64,000 nt of DNA from Bacteroidota bacterium (GCA_023394415.1 JAEXAR010000034.1:24298-88297); one strand, 5' to 3'; shown: positions 39,934 to 50,211, counted from the first letter of the stretch. Notes: generated from the sequence alone by a model not told the origin. Numbers and translations are program-made.

Positions 39934-40503
39934 TTAAATTTTGGAAACGATAAGTACGCTGTTTTCTACCGAAACCACTTTTACAATAGAGGAAGACGTA
40001 ATAGGATTTTCAGCATTCGTCATTGCAGTAAGTTCGTGATTGGAACCATTGACTGAAATCTGAACCTTACCAGAGCCTGACATATTTGGTGGTATATTAA
40101 TATAAACTTCGCCTGTTTTACCAACTAAAGAATTGATATTAAAGGTATTATCTTCCGTAAGTTTGAGAATCTGTTTAATGATAAAGAAAAACAACACTAC
40201 GAAAGCAATTCCTACTACCACAGCCAAAGCCATCAAAAACATTTTATTATTGAAACTTTCGTAAAGTGTTACTCCTGTCCAACCAAAACCGAGTAGAAAA
40301 TTGATTAAATTTCGTAAAGAAAACAACTGAAAAGGTGCATCTGCGTGGTCTAAATTACCATCAAAATCAGCATTTACACCATCGGAAGCATCACTCCCTA
40401 TAAAAGTCATTAATGTTTGAATAAGGAAGATAATACTTGAGACAATTGCCACTATCCAAAATCCCTTAAGCAAAGAATCCATACCATCTAAAAACGAGAA
40501 CAT
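39934..40503 (-). CDS. NfeD-like membrane protein (flotillin partner)
   Basis: Membrane N-terminus plus a C-terminal OB-fold-like domain (GEVYINIPPNMSGSGKVQISVNG). It lies upstream of the flotillin gene. Confidence 0.6.
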   Translation of the reverse strand: MFSFLDGMDSLLKGFWIVAIVSSIIFLIQTLMTFIGSDASDGVNADFDGNLDHADAPFQLFSLRNLINFLLGFGWTGVTLYESFNNKMFLMALAVVVGIAFVVLFFFIIKQILKLTEDNTFNINSLVGKTGEVYINIPPNMSGSGKVQISVNGSNHELTAMTNAENPITSSSIVKVVSVENSVLIVSKI

Positions 40504-40666
40504 AGTTTAGTTTTTTTATATTTGATTATTGACCAAATATATTGAATTTTAAGAAATTTTCAAATGATTTTCATCTTTATATTTTACTATATATAGCAAA
40601 AAAAAGCAGATAAATATCCGCTTTATATGATTTATAATTTGATAAAATGTAATCTTTTACATTTAA

Positions 40667-40918
40667 TTATTCAACGCTTATAACCTCATTAATTTCAGGA
40701 GCAAATTGTTTGATTGTATTTTCTACGCCCAACTTCATTGTTGAAAAACTCATTGGGCAACCATTACAATTCCCCATCAGTTTCACAAAAACTTTTTTAT
40801 CCTCTACATCTATCAGTTCAATATCGCCTCCATCTCTATTTAAGAAAGGACGAATACTGTCGAGAGCTTCCATGACTTTGGTTACAGTATTTTCGTGTGT
40901 AGTATTATGGTTCATCAT
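40667..40918 (-). CDS. NifU-like Fe-S cluster carrier (Nfu domain)
   Basis: MGNCNGCPMS motif. Confidence 0.75.
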   Translation of the reverse strand: MMNHNTTHENTVTKVMEALDSIRPFLNRDGGDIELIDVEDKKVFVKLMGNCNGCPMSFSTMKLGVENTIKQFAPEINEVISVE

Positions 40919-41020
40919 TCAATTTTTAGTGTTATAATGTTCAATATTGTTTAAAGTATGTTCGGAATTGTTCAAATTTTCATGAACTTTTAAAACCATT
41001 CAACACTGAACTATAGACAA

Positions 41021-42130
41021 TTATTTCTTCGGTGAGCATCCTGCCATTGTGGTGATTTTTACGGCTTCGGTTGGAGGTAAATTTTTGTTTCTCTCCACCA
41101 AACTTTCAATCATATTTTGGGCAGTTTTGGTGTAGATTTCCTCAATTTTAGAACCTTCCTGTAATGCTGCAGGTCTACCAACATCTCCCGCTTCTCTAAT
41201 ACTTTGAATTAAAGGTATTTCACCTAAAACCGGAATTCCTAAATCATCTGCCAAATATTGCGCTCCCTGATTTCCGAAGATGTAATATTTATTATTGGGT
41301 AATTCTTCAGGAGTAAAGTAAGCCATATTTTCAATTAATCCCAAAACAGGAATATTGATACTCTCCATTTGGAACATTGCAATTCCTTTTCTCACATCTG
41401 CCAAAGCTACATGTTGTGGTGTAGAAACTATTACCGCTCCTGTTACAGGAACTTCCTGAATAATGGATAAATGTATATCTCCCGTTCCCGGAGGTAAATC
41501 GATTAAAAGAAAATCCAATTCTCCCCAATGAGCATCACGAATCATTTGGTTTAAAGCTTTAGAAGCCATTGGTCCTCGCCAAACCACTGCTTGATTTGCA
41601 CCAGAAAAATACCCAATCGAAAGCATTTTAACGCCGTAATTTTCAATAGGTTGCATCAGGTTTCTGCCATTTACTTCTACAGAAAGTGGTTTTGCACCTT
41701 CCGTATCAAGCATTGTTGGTACTGAAGGACCGTAAATATCTGCATCAAGTAACCCGACTTTAAAACCCATTTTTGCTAAAGTTACCGCTAAATTAGCCGC
41801 TACAGTAGATTTACCAACGCCACCTTTGCCGGATGCTACAGCTATAATATTTTGAATCCCGGGAATCTGTTTTCCTTTAATTTGGTTTTGTTGAACTTCG
41901 GTTGGTTCCGGAGAAACTATTTTAAGTTTTAGAACCACATCTTCACCAAATTCAGATGCGAAAGCCTGCTTCATAGCTACTTCCAGTTTCTTTTTTTCAT
42001 GCATTGCAGGTGAATGTGCCGTCATATCAATATACACATCATTTCCCATTACCTGAAGGTTATTCACCAAGTCATCTACTTCTATTTCTTTCAGGAAATC
42101 CTGAACTTTTGCTTTCGTCAACATAATCAT
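41021..42130 (-). CDS. apbC: Mrp/NBP35 family Fe-S cluster carrier ATPase (ApbC)
   Basis: P-loop VASGKGGVGKST, a CxxC pair, and an N-terminal DUF59-like domain. Confidence 0.85.
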   Translation of the reverse strand: MIMLTKAKVQDFLKEIEVDDLVNNLQVMGNDVYIDMTAHSPAMHEKKKLEVAMKQAFASEFGEDVVLKLKIVSPEPTEVQQNQIKGKQIPGIQNIIAVASGKGGVGKSTVAANLAVTLAKMGFKVGLLDADIYGPSVPTMLDTEGAKPLSVEVNGRNLMQPIENYGVKMLSIGYFSGANQAVVWRGPMASKALNQMIRDAHWGELDFLLIDLPPGTGDIHLSIIQEVPVTGAVIVSTPQHVALADVRKGIAMFQMESINIPVLGLIENMAYFTPEELPNNKYYIFGNQGAQYLADDLGIPVLGEIPLIQSIREAGDVGRPAALQEGSKIEEIYTKTAQNMIESLVERNKNLPPTEAVKITTMAGCSPKK

Positions 42131-42197
42131 TTTATTGAATCACAAAATTACAGAATTATTTCTTTAATTTAGAATGATTAAAATCAAGGTAGGGATA

Positions 42198-42229
42198 AAT
42201 AAAAAAGGACTTCCTTATGAAAGTCCTTC
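42198..42229 (-). terminator. Rho-independent terminator of the symporter gene
   Basis: AAGGACTT-ccttatga-AAGTCCTT with a T-run on the minus strand. Confidence 0.6.
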
Positions 42230-42249
42230 TTAATGTCTTTATAAATAAG

Positions 42250-43677
42250 TTATTCCGCCTTAAAAGCCAGAGCCTTTTCCTGATCAAACTCTCCTTCCCA
42301 TTTTGCAATTACAACCGATGCAAGACAGTTCCCAATAACATTTACAGAAGTTCTACCCATATCCATTAATTCATCAATTCCTAAAATGGCTGCAATGATG
42401 AATGTTGGCAAGCCAAACTGATCTGCAGTAGCAATAAGGATAATTAATGATGCCCTCGGAATTGCAGCTACACCTTTACTGGTAATCATCAATGTTAAAC
42501 AGATTAAAAGCTGTTGCCCGAAAGATAGATGCATACCTGCAGCTTGCGCCACGAAAATAGATGCTAAAGAAAGGTATAGCGTGGTACCGTCCAGATTGAA
42601 AGAATAACCCGTTGGTACTACAAAAGAAACCACTTTTCTTGGCACCCCAAACTGCTCCATATTTTGCATTACAACAGGAAGTGCAGCATCGGAACTGGTT
42701 GTAGCAAATGCAATGGAAACCGGTTCTTTAATGGCTTCTATAAATTTTTTGATGGGCACTTTCATATATAATGCTATTGGCAATAGTACCAAAAGTATAA
42801 AAGCAATGAGTGCGGCATAAAGTGTTATGAGAAGCATAAACAGATACCTTAATATATCAATTCCCATATGTCCAACGGTGTAAGCCATAGCAGCACCTAC
42901 ACCAATTGGTGCAAAGTACATAATGATGTGCGTGTATTTGAACATCGTTTCTGCAAGGCTCTCCATAAAATCAACGAGTGGTTTTTTCTTCTGCTCAGGA
43001 AGTTTTGCTAAACCGATACCAAAAATTACTGCAAAAATTACAATCTGAAGTACCTGATTTTCGTATATAGATTTCACAATATTTTCCGGAAAAATATCTC
43101 TAAAAAAAGCTGTTGTTTTAAATAACCATTGATTTGCTTCAGGGATTTGCTCCAATGCTTTTATATCAGCTTCCTTTACTGTAGAGCTTTTTGGTAGTTC
43201 TTGATGTGGTATTTTGGACGCATCAATTCCTACTCCTGCTTTGGTGATATTAATTGCTGCTAAACCTATAAATAATGCTATTGTGGTGGCGGTATAGAAA
43301 TATAAAAGTGATTTCCAAGCCATTCTACCAACTTGTTTCAGGTCTGAATGACCTGCAATTCCGTAAACCAATGTCGCAAATAAAATAGGACCTACAATAG
43401 TTTTAATTAAGCGTATGAAACCCTGACTTAAAGGCTGCATCGAAAGTGCAATACCCGGAAAATCCCGCCCTAAGATGATACCAATCACAATACTGATTAA
43501 TATCCAAGTGGTAAGGCTTTTTCTTCGTAAAGCGTAGGTTACCATTCCCAAAATAAGGAGTAAATGTCCGAAGACTAAATAATCTTTTGGAAGTGGATTT
43601 ATAAAATTGAGTGCGTGCAAAATAACCGCAATAGTAAGTGTTATCAGCGGAAAAATCTTCAGAAGTTTAGGACTCAT
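42250..43677 (-). CDS. Dicarboxylate/amino acid:cation symporter (DAACS family, GltP/DctA-like)
   Basis: 475-aa polytopic protein with hairpin-loop motifs that are characteristic of the family. Confidence 0.7.
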   Translation of the reverse strand: MSPKLLKIFPLITLTIAVILHALNFINPLPKDYLVFGHLLLILGMVTYALRRKSLTTWILISIVIGIILGRDFPGIALSMQPLSQGFIRLIKTIVGPILFATLVYGIAGHSDLKQVGRMAWKSLLYFYTATTIALFIGLAAINITKAGVGIDASKIPHQELPKSSTVKEADIKALEQIPEANQWLFKTTAFFRDIFPENIVKSIYENQVLQIVIFAVIFGIGLAKLPEQKKKPLVDFMESLAETMFKYTHIIMYFAPIGVGAAMAYTVGHMGIDILRYLFMLLITLYAALIAFILLVLLPIALYMKVPIKKFIEAIKEPVSIAFATTSSDAALPVVMQNMEQFGVPRKVVSFVVPTGYSFNLDGTTLYLSLASIFVAQAAGMHLSFGQQLLICLTLMITSKGVAAIPRASLIILIATADQFGLPTFIIAAILGIDELMDMGRTSVNVIGNCLASVVIAKWEGEFDQEKALAFKAE

Positions 43678-43858
43678 ATATATTTGTTGTAAGATTTACA
43701 AATATAGTTTTTCTGAAACAGCCCGTCAAAAAAATTATAAATTTTTGTAAATGTGCTGAAAACTGCAATTATGAGGTGCTTTTCTAGGACAAGCGATTGA
43801 AACAGAAATCCTTTTTTATTTTCAAAAAAAATAAAAAAGATTGTCGTGTAAAGCGTGG

Positions 43859-43907
43859 TCGCATTATAATTTTAGGCTGGCAAAGCTGTTGGAAAATTAT
43901 AATGCGA
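43859..43907 (-). terminator. Long AT-rich hairpin with a 15-bp perfect stem downstream of the BON gene pair; probable terminator
   Basis: TCGCATTATAATTTT-(19 nt)-AAAATTATAATGCGA, with a T-run on the minus strand after a 13-nt gap. Confidence 0.45.
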
Positions 43908-44005
43908 TGGCCCCAAATGAATCATTTAATAAATGAATAGGTTTTACTAATCTAAAATAAAAAACCTCCGAAAAATTCTGAGGTTATGTATGAAAACTTA
44001 AAAAA

Positions 44006-44425
44006 TTAAGCTCTTAAGTATCTTGCGTAAGCGTAACCTTCTGTTCCTGATGAAGTTCTAACTCTCCACCACTCATCTGAAGATTGCTCTACTAAAGTTA
44101 CCAACTCACCTTTCCCAGCTTTGCCTACAATTGCAGCATCTGTAGAAGGCTCCTGACGGATGTTAAGATTTGAATCTTCGGTAGCAACGGTAAGGTTAGC
44201 ACCAGCTGGAAGACCTGCAACTTGTACATCGATGTTGATATCTGAAGCGGAATATGTAGCATCTATCGCTCCAAGTGCGTTCCACACAGCATCTTTAGCT
44301 GCTGTAGTAGATGCGTTGCCTGAAACGTAAAGTACACCATCCTGCTCCTGAACCTGAAGGTTGGAAATTCCTGCAGACTGTGCTGCTGAAACTACGCTTG
44401 AATATTTATCTTGTAATGCGCTCAT
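44006..44425 (-). CDS. BON-like plus bacterial SH3 domain protein
   Basis: N-terminal BON-like segment and C-terminal SH3b (NLNIRQEPSTDAAIVGKAGKGELVTLVEQSSDEWWRV). Its GC content is higher than that of its neighbours. Confidence 0.5.
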   Translation of the reverse strand: MSALQDKYSSVVSAAQSAGISNLQVQEQDGVLYVSGNASTTAAKDAVWNALGAIDATYSASDINIDVQVAGLPAGANLTVATEDSNLNIRQEPSTDAAIVGKAGKGELVTLVEQSSDEWWRVRTSSGTEGYAYARYLRA

Positions 44426-44432
44426 TTTATGA

Positions 44433-44903
44433 TTATTTTACTACTAAACTGTTTGTGTATTTGCCGATTTTCAAAGCATCAACTGATTCTTTGATTTTTC
44501 TTGCTTGCTGTGGAGAAACGTTACCTGTTAAAGTAAGCTCGCCATTCACCACTTCAGCTTTTACTGATGGGAAATCCTTAACTGCATCTTGTACTTTTGT
44601 AAGAACTGCTGGATCTACAGCATTTACTTCTACAGCCGGAGCTACAGTTGCCATATCCATAACGTCTTTTACTCCTGGGATAGCTTTAAGAGAAGCAATT
44701 GCAGCGTCTTTATCTGCTTGTGTTGCGTAAGTTCCGCTTAAGTGTGCTACACCTTCTTTTACTTCTACAGAAGCATTAGGATTAGATGTTACAACAGTTG
44801 TTGCTTTAGTCTGAAGATCTGCATCAGTTACTTTTTTCTTACAAGAAACTGCGCCGAAAGACACCGCAAGTGCTAAAGCAGCCATTGTGATTGATTTTTT
44901 CAT
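44433..44903 (-). CDS. BON domain lipoprotein (OsmY-like)
   Basis: Lipobox VSC and two BON domains. Confidence 0.6.
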   Translation of the reverse strand: MKKSITMAALALAVSFGAVSCKKKVTDADLQTKATTVVTSNPNASVEVKEGVAHLSGTYATQADKDAAIASLKAIPGVKDVMDMATVAPAVEVNAVDPAVLTKVQDAVKDFPSVKAEVVNGELTLTGNVSPQQARKIKESVDALKIGKYTNSLVVK

Positions 44904-45035
44904 AGTTTAAAAAATGTTTAATGTTAATTTATTATTGAATCAAATTTACTAATAAATATTATGCCGAATTCTTAAAAAATTATAAAATTTTCTTAAAAAT
45001 TATGTAATACATTCAGAATCAAATTTATTATTTTT

Positions 45036-45647
45036 TTATGACTTTACAATGGTTCTGAAAGTAAGATTTATCCTAGGTTGCAGAACTTTTTTGGTAGGTG
45101 GTAAACGATGTAGCCAATGGCTCTGGGTTTGATCTTTCATTACCAAAAGACTTCCATGTTCCAAAATGAGCTCTACCTTCTCTTTTGAAATTTTATGTTT
45201 GAATGAAAATTTTCTTTCAGCGCCAAAAGTTAATGATGCAATGGCTCCATTCTTTTTCAAATCTTTTTCGCCGTCACTGTGATAAGCCATTCCTTCATTG
45301 CCATCGTGATAGAGATTTAGCAAACAGGAATTGAAAGTTTCTCCTGTAAGTTGTTCTGTTTTAAGTTTCAGTTGTAGAAGTTCGGATGTCCATTTTTGAG
45401 CATATTTAGTTCTTCCGGAATAAGTATATTCAAAAGTCTCGTCACCAAACCAAGCGATTTTTCTTTTGGTTTCTATCAGTTTTCCAAAAATAACAGCTTC
45501 ATCACTCTTCCAAGGAATATTTTCGAATAGATTATCGTAGTAAAAATTAGCCTCTTCAGAACTAAAGACCTTACCATAATAATTTACAGTACCGTCTTTT
45601 GGAAGCAAATTTATACCGGAGTCGAAACCTAGATCAAATAAATTCAT
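45036..45647 (-). CDS. Alpha-ketoglutarate-dependent dioxygenase AlkB family (2OG-Fe(II) oxygenase)
   Basis: NLYHDGNEGMAYHSDGE...HGSLLVMKDQTQSHWLHRLP matches the AlkB Fe-binding signature. Confidence 0.75.
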   Translation of the reverse strand: MNLFDLGFDSGINLLPKDGTVNYYGKVFSSEEANFYYDNLFENIPWKSDEAVIFGKLIETKRKIAWFGDETFEYTYSGRTKYAQKWTSELLQLKLKTEQLTGETFNSCLLNLYHDGNEGMAYHSDGEKDLKKNGAIASLTFGAERKFSFKHKISKEKVELILEHGSLLVMKDQTQSHWLHRLPPTKKVLQPRINLTFRTIVKS

Positions 45648-45712
45648 TTATGTTTAGTTAAAGATGTATGCTTAAAAATACAATTATTATTACCTTCGTT
45701 AAAATTAATTTC

Positions 45713-47569
45713 ATGAAAAACTACTTTTTTATTGTTTTGGTCATGTTTTTTGCTTTAGGAAATGCCCAAAACAGACCGGATAACACTTTTGTAAAAGAAA
45801 ACTTCAGCAAAAAAGAGGTGTATATCACTATGCGTGATGGTGTAAAGCTCTTTACTTCCATATACATCCCGAAAGATATAGCAAACAATAAAAAATATCC
45901 TTTTTTGATGCAACGTACGTGTTACAGCGTTGCGCCTTATGGTGAAGACCAGTACAAATCCTCTCTCGGCCCAAACAAATACCTTTTGAATGATAAATAC
46001 ATTTTTGTGTATCAAGATGTTAGAGGAAGATATATGAGCGAAGGCACCTTTACCAATATGACGCCACAGGTAGAACGTAAAACGAAGAAAGATGTTGATG
46101 AAAGTACCGATACCTACGACACTATAGAATGGTTATTAAAAAACATCGCCAACAACAACGGCAAAGTAGGACAATACGGAACCTCTTATCCGGGATTTTA
46201 TACTGCTGCCGGAGTATTGTCACAACATCCGGCTTTGGTTGCATCTTCTCCGCAAGCGCCAATTTCTAATTTCTGGAATGATGATTTTCTTCACAACGGA
46301 AGATTTATGTTGGGATATTTCAGAACATTTCCTGTATTTGGCGTACAGAAAACAAAACCTGAAAAAGAATCTTGGTTTTCTGATAAGATGATTAAAGCAA
46401 CTTCTGAAGATGGACTGAAATTCTACAGAGATATGGGAACCTTAAAAGACGGTTATGACAAATATTATAAAGACAATTTCTTTATGACCGAAGTGATGCA
46501 GCATAATAATTATGATGATTTCTGGCAGAAAAGAAACTTACTCCCACATCTTAAAAATGTGAATCACGCTGTAATGACTGTTGGCGGTTGGTATGATGCT
46601 GAAGATTTATCTGGTCCACTTAATATTTATAAAGCGATAGAAAAAACAAGTCCTAAAGCTAAAAACACCATTGTAATGGGACCTTTTGCACACGGAGGAT
46701 GGAGCAGAGAAAATGGAAAACACTTCCACAACGAAATATATTTTGGAGACAGCATTGCGACTTACTATCAGAAAAATCTTGAAACTAAATTCTTCAACCA
46801 TTATCTAAAAGGTGACACCAAAAAAGATGCAGGATTACCAGAAGCTATGATGTATGATACAGGTAAGAAAGAATGGAAAGAGTTTGCCAAATATCCACCA
46901 GTAAATTCAAAAAAAGTAAACTTCTACCTTGCAGATGGAATGCTGAAAAACACACCCTCACAAAGTGTTTCCGAATATTATAGTGACCCCAGCAATCCTG
47001 TATTGAGTTCTGATAATTTGAGAGATTTCAATGGATTTACGCCAAGAAATTATATGAGTGAAGATCAGCGTTTTGCTGTGGGAAGACCTGATGTTTTAAC
47101 CTTTACAACTGATGTTTTAACAGAAGATATCACCTTTGCAGGAGAAATTATGGCTAAACTAAACATTACTTCCACTTCTGATGATGCGGATTTTGTAGTG
47201 AAATTGATTGATGTTTACCCTCAAGATTTCAAACCCGAGCAAAAGAAAGAAGGCGTTATTTATGGAAATTATCACCAAATGATACGCAGCGAAATCATGC
47301 CGGCACGTTTTAGAAATTCATTTGAAAAACCTCAACCTTTAGTTCCTAATCAGAAAACAGCAGTTAATTTCAGATTACAAGATGTGGTACATACTTTCAA
47401 AAAAGGACACAAAATCCAAATTCAGATCTCAAGTACATGGTTTCCATTGTTTGTAGTAAATCCCCAAAAATACATTGAAAATGTGAATATGGCTGATAAA
47501 AAAGACTATACCAAAGCCTTTATCAAAATTTTTGGAGATAGCTCTATAGAAGCAGATATTCTAAAATAA
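45713..47569 (+). CDS. CocE/NonD family hydrolase (S15 Xaa-Pro dipeptidyl-peptidase-like)
   Basis: Signal peptide, an alpha/beta hydrolase domain and a C-terminal beta-sandwich over about 620 aa. Confidence 0.7.
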   Translation: MKNYFFIVLVMFFALGNAQNRPDNTFVKENFSKKEVYITMRDGVKLFTSIYIPKDIANNKKYPFLMQRTCYSVAPYGEDQYKSSLGPNKYLLNDKYIFVYQDVRGRYMSEGTFTNMTPQVERKTKKDVDESTDTYDTIEWLLKNIANNNGKVGQYGTSYPGFYTAAGVLSQHPALVASSPQAPISNFWNDDFLHNGRFMLGYFRTFPVFGVQKTKPEKESWFSDKMIKATSEDGLKFYRDMGTLKDGYDKYYKDNFFMTEVMQHNNYDDFWQKRNLLPHLKNVNHAVMTVGGWYDAEDLSGPLNIYKAIEKTSPKAKNTIVMGPFAHGGWSRENGKHFHNEIYFGDSIATYYQKNLETKFFNHYLKGDTKKDAGLPEAMMYDTGKKEWKEFAKYPPVNSKKVNFYLADGMLKNTPSQSVSEYYSDPSNPVLSSDNLRDFNGFTPRNYMSEDQRFAVGRPDVLTFTTDVLTEDITFAGEIMAKLNITSTSDDADFVVKLIDVYPQDFKPEQKKEGVIYGNYHQMIRSEIMPARFRNSFEKPQPLVPNQKTAVNFRLQDVVHTFKKGHKIQIQISSTWFPLFVVNPQKYIENVNMADKKDYTKAFIKIFGDSSIEADILK

Positions 47570-47594
47570 AAATGTACAATCAAAATGATATAAT

Positions 47595-48239
47595 ATGAAA
47601 AAAATTTTAATGTTTTTAACAGTTATATTGGGACTTTTAGCTGTTAGAGCACAATATGTAGAACCTGAAAAAGCAGATAAGGAAGCTGCCAAACGTAAGG
47701 CATCAGAAATTGTTACCTATCCTACCTTAAAATTCGATTCTATCGAAGCCAAAAAAGCTTTAGCATTAGGAAAAGGCAAAATAAAAGGGGTTGCCTTTAC
47801 GAGAACAAGAGAAGGTTATGGGCTCAAAACCGGACAAAAAGTTTTAGCTAATAAAATTACCATTCAGTTATTTCCGGTTACACCCTACTTTCAAGAATAT
47901 TACAATCTTTGGAAAGACAAAAACAAAAATAACCCCCAAAAAAATCGGTACGTTTATATGGATAAGAATGCTTACCGATACAGGTTGGATGCTATTACCA
48001 ACAGTTCCGGCGAGTTTACATTTCCCGACATGAAACCCGGACGCTATTATTTATGGGCAAATATAGGCTATTCTCGAACCTACTCTTATAATCAATACAC
48101 TGGAAGTGGCTACAGCACAAGTGGAAATCGTGTAGACTATTACAGTCCATCTTCCTATAACAAGGATTTTTCTGAATTTTTAGAACTTTTTGTTGATGTA
48201 AAAACAGATGGTGAAACAGTAGAGGTGAAATTGAGATAA
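47595..48239 (+). CDS. Hypothetical secreted protein (carboxypeptidase-regulatory-like fold?)
   Basis: Signal peptide. No confident family assignment. Confidence 0.35.
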   Translation: MKKILMFLTVILGLLAVRAQYVEPEKADKEAAKRKASEIVTYPTLKFDSIEAKKALALGKGKIKGVAFTRTREGYGLKTGQKVLANKITIQLFPVTPYFQEYYNLWKDKNKNNPQKNRYVYMDKNAYRYRLDAITNSSGEFTFPDMKPGRYYLWANIGYSRTYSYNQYTGSGYSTSGNRVDYYSPSSYNKDFSEFLELFVDVKTDGETVEVKLR

Positions 48240-48245
48240 TATTAA

Positions 48246-48300
48246 AATTCGTGCATTCTTGCTAGATCATTTAGCCCAGAATGCACGAATTTTCTTTCTT
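48246..48300. terminator. Stem-loop terminator (13-bp stem) between convergent genes
   Basis: AATTCGTGCATTC-(20 nt)-GAATGCACGAATT followed by TTTCTTTCTT. Confidence 0.55.
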
Positions 48301-48319
48301 AAATTTTTTCTCTTACTTT

Positions 48320-49174
48320 TTAATTCTTCGCAATGTGATAATACGCCAACATTTTATAGTATAATTTCGCTGCAAGGAAAGCTGTTGGTTTGGAGTATGG
48401 AGAATCCATTAATTCCACAATATCAAACGCCACAACATTGCATTTTTCAAATACTTTTTTCAAGAGTTCCAAAGTTGGATACCACTGCAAACCGCCGGGT
48501 TCCGGAGTTCCGGTAGAAGGTGCAAAAGAAGGATCGAAAGCATCCAAATCAATCGTGATATAAACGTTACCGGAAACTTTTTCAAGTACCTCATCTATCC
48601 AGTCTTCATTGTTTGCAATTTCGTGTGCCCAAAAACATTGCCCTTCCGGAACATACTGCATTTCTTCCACATCGCAAGAACGGATGCCAACTTGAACTAA
48701 ATTTAATTTCTGTGAAGCCTCAAAAACTGCACATGCGTGGTTTGAAGTAGAACCGTGAAATTCGGGACGCAAATCAGTATGTGCGTCTAACTGAAGCACC
48801 GTTAAATCAGGATATTTTTCGCCAAAAGCACGTATAGAACCTATGGAAACCGAATGCTCACCACCAAAAAGCGTAAACAATTTTCCTTCATTCTGCATCA
48901 TCTCTTTGGTTTTGTTATATACCGCTTCCGTCATGGCTTCAGGAGAAGAATTTTCTGAAATTTCACCTGCCAACCAAACACCTTCAAGATATGGCTCAGT
49001 ACGGGTTTCAATATCAAAAAGTTCCATATTTTCTGATGCTTCTAGAAAGAGTTCAGGACCTTTATCAGCACCTTTTCCCCAAGTTGAAGTACCATCGTAA
49101 GGAACGGTTACCAACATCACTTTCGAGTTTTCCAATGTTGCATTTTCTTCTGGAATACCGGCATAGGTTTTCAT
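48320..49174 (-). CDS. speB: Agmatinase (arginase/ureohydrolase family)
   Basis: Mn-binding motifs GGEHS, DAHTD and SIDLDAFDP. Confidence 0.8.
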   Translation of the reverse strand: MKTYAGIPEENATLENSKVMLVTVPYDGTSTWGKGADKGPELFLEASENMELFDIETRTEPYLEGVWLAGEISENSSPEAMTEAVYNKTKEMMQNEGKLFTLFGGEHSVSIGSIRAFGEKYPDLTVLQLDAHTDLRPEFHGSTSNHACAVFEASQKLNLVQVGIRSCDVEEMQYVPEGQCFWAHEIANNEDWIDEVLEKVSGNVYITIDLDAFDPSFAPSTGTPEPGGLQWYPTLELLKKVFEKCNVVAFDIVELMDSPYSKPTAFLAAKLYYKMLAYYHIAKN

Positions 49175-49232
49175 AATATTTTTTCTATTTTTTTGATTTT
49201 GGCAAAGATAAACAAAACTTCTTTTTACAAAA

Positions 49233-49270
49233 TTAACCTTATCAAGGTTTTAAAACCTTGATAAGGTTAA
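49233..49270. promoter_or_regulatory. 38-bp perfect palindrome in the speB / DUF2089 divergent promoter region; candidate operator
   Basis: TTAACCTTATCAAGGTT-ttaa-AACCTTGATAAGGTTAA. Confidence 0.5.
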
Positions 49271-49362
49271 AAATTTTAACTTTATTAAAAAATATTTTAA
49301 TTTTATTAAAAAAATGTGTAACAATTTGTATATTTGTATTACTAATTTGAAAAACAAAGCTA

Positions 49363-49632
49363 ATGAAACTACCCATATTCTGCCCCAGTTGTGAAAGTTC
49401 TTTGAATGTGAGCCAAATGAGATGCAACCATTGCGAGACCGAAGTGAATGGCAACTATGATCTGCCTCTTTATTTAAAACTTTCTAGAGAAGAGCAAGAT
49501 TTTATCCTTGAGTTTTTTCTTTCGAGCGGTAGCATTAAAGAAATGGCAAAACAGGCAGACCTTTCTTATCCGACGATGAGAAACAAAATGGATGATTTAA
49601 TTGAAAAAATCAACAAGCTAAAAACATTGTAA
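49363..49632 (+). CDS. DUF2089 domain protein (zinc ribbon plus HTH)
   Basis: CPSCESSL...CNHCETEV zinc ribbon followed by an HTH-like C-terminus. Confidence 0.6.
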   Translation: MKLPIFCPSCESSLNVSQMRCNHCETEVNGNYDLPLYLKLSREEQDFILEFFLSSGSIKEMAKQADLSYPTMRNKMDDLIEKINKLKTL

Positions 49633-49633
49633 A

Positions 49634-50200
49634 ATGAACTGGAAATTACTTTTTAATCCATTTGAAAAATTTGATGAGAAAATTTTACTTATTACTGGTA
49701 TATCGATTTACCTCATATTGACTATTGCTGGTTATGCTTTAGGTTTAAAACTGGACGGAATTATGCATTTTGACCACATCAACCAAGAAAATTTACCAAC
49801 AGAATTGCTTTTATCGTTTGGGGCAATTTTAATCTCAATTCTGCTCATTTGGGGATTGGGAAAAATTCTTAATCCACGTACAAGACTTATTGACATTGTA
49901 AACACAGTTTTAATAGCTATGATGCCAATGATTTTTATGCTGATTATTGGAGAAATACCATTGTTTAAAAACGCTCTTAATAGTACTGAAAAAATGTTAC
50001 AGCAAAATCCTAATGAATTCAACTATGAATTAGTAATTGTTATAATTTTTACTTGTCTAATTCTTCCATTCTTAATCTTCAACATTATTTTGTTATACAA
50101 TGGTTTCAAAACTGCCACCAATACAAAGAAATGGCAACACATTACACTATTTTTTGCACTTATATTTATCATTAATACCATTACCCAAATATTAATCTAG
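49634..50200 (+). CDS. Hypothetical membrane protein, translationally coupled to the DUF2089 gene
   Basis: Its start lies 2 nt after the upstream stop. About 5 TM helices. Confidence 0.45.
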   Translation: MNWKLLFNPFEKFDEKILLITGISIYLILTIAGYALGLKLDGIMHFDHINQENLPTELLLSFGAILISILLIWGLGKILNPRTRLIDIVNTVLIAMMPMIFMLIIGEIPLFKNALNSTEKMLQQNPNEFNYELVIVIIFTCLILPFLIFNIILLYNGFKTATNTKKWQHITLFFALIFIINTITQILI

Positions 50201-50211
50201 AAACTAAAAAA

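Noticed and set aside
43859-43907. 15-bp-stem hairpin as a regulatory element of the upstream symporter gene
   Set aside because: Its position is downstream of the BON genes and downstream of nothing on the plus strand. A minus-strand terminator is the simplest reading.
48259-48516. 85-aa plus-strand ORF
   Set aside because: It overlaps a stem-loop terminator and the 3' end of the agmatinase gene on the other strand. It is spurious.
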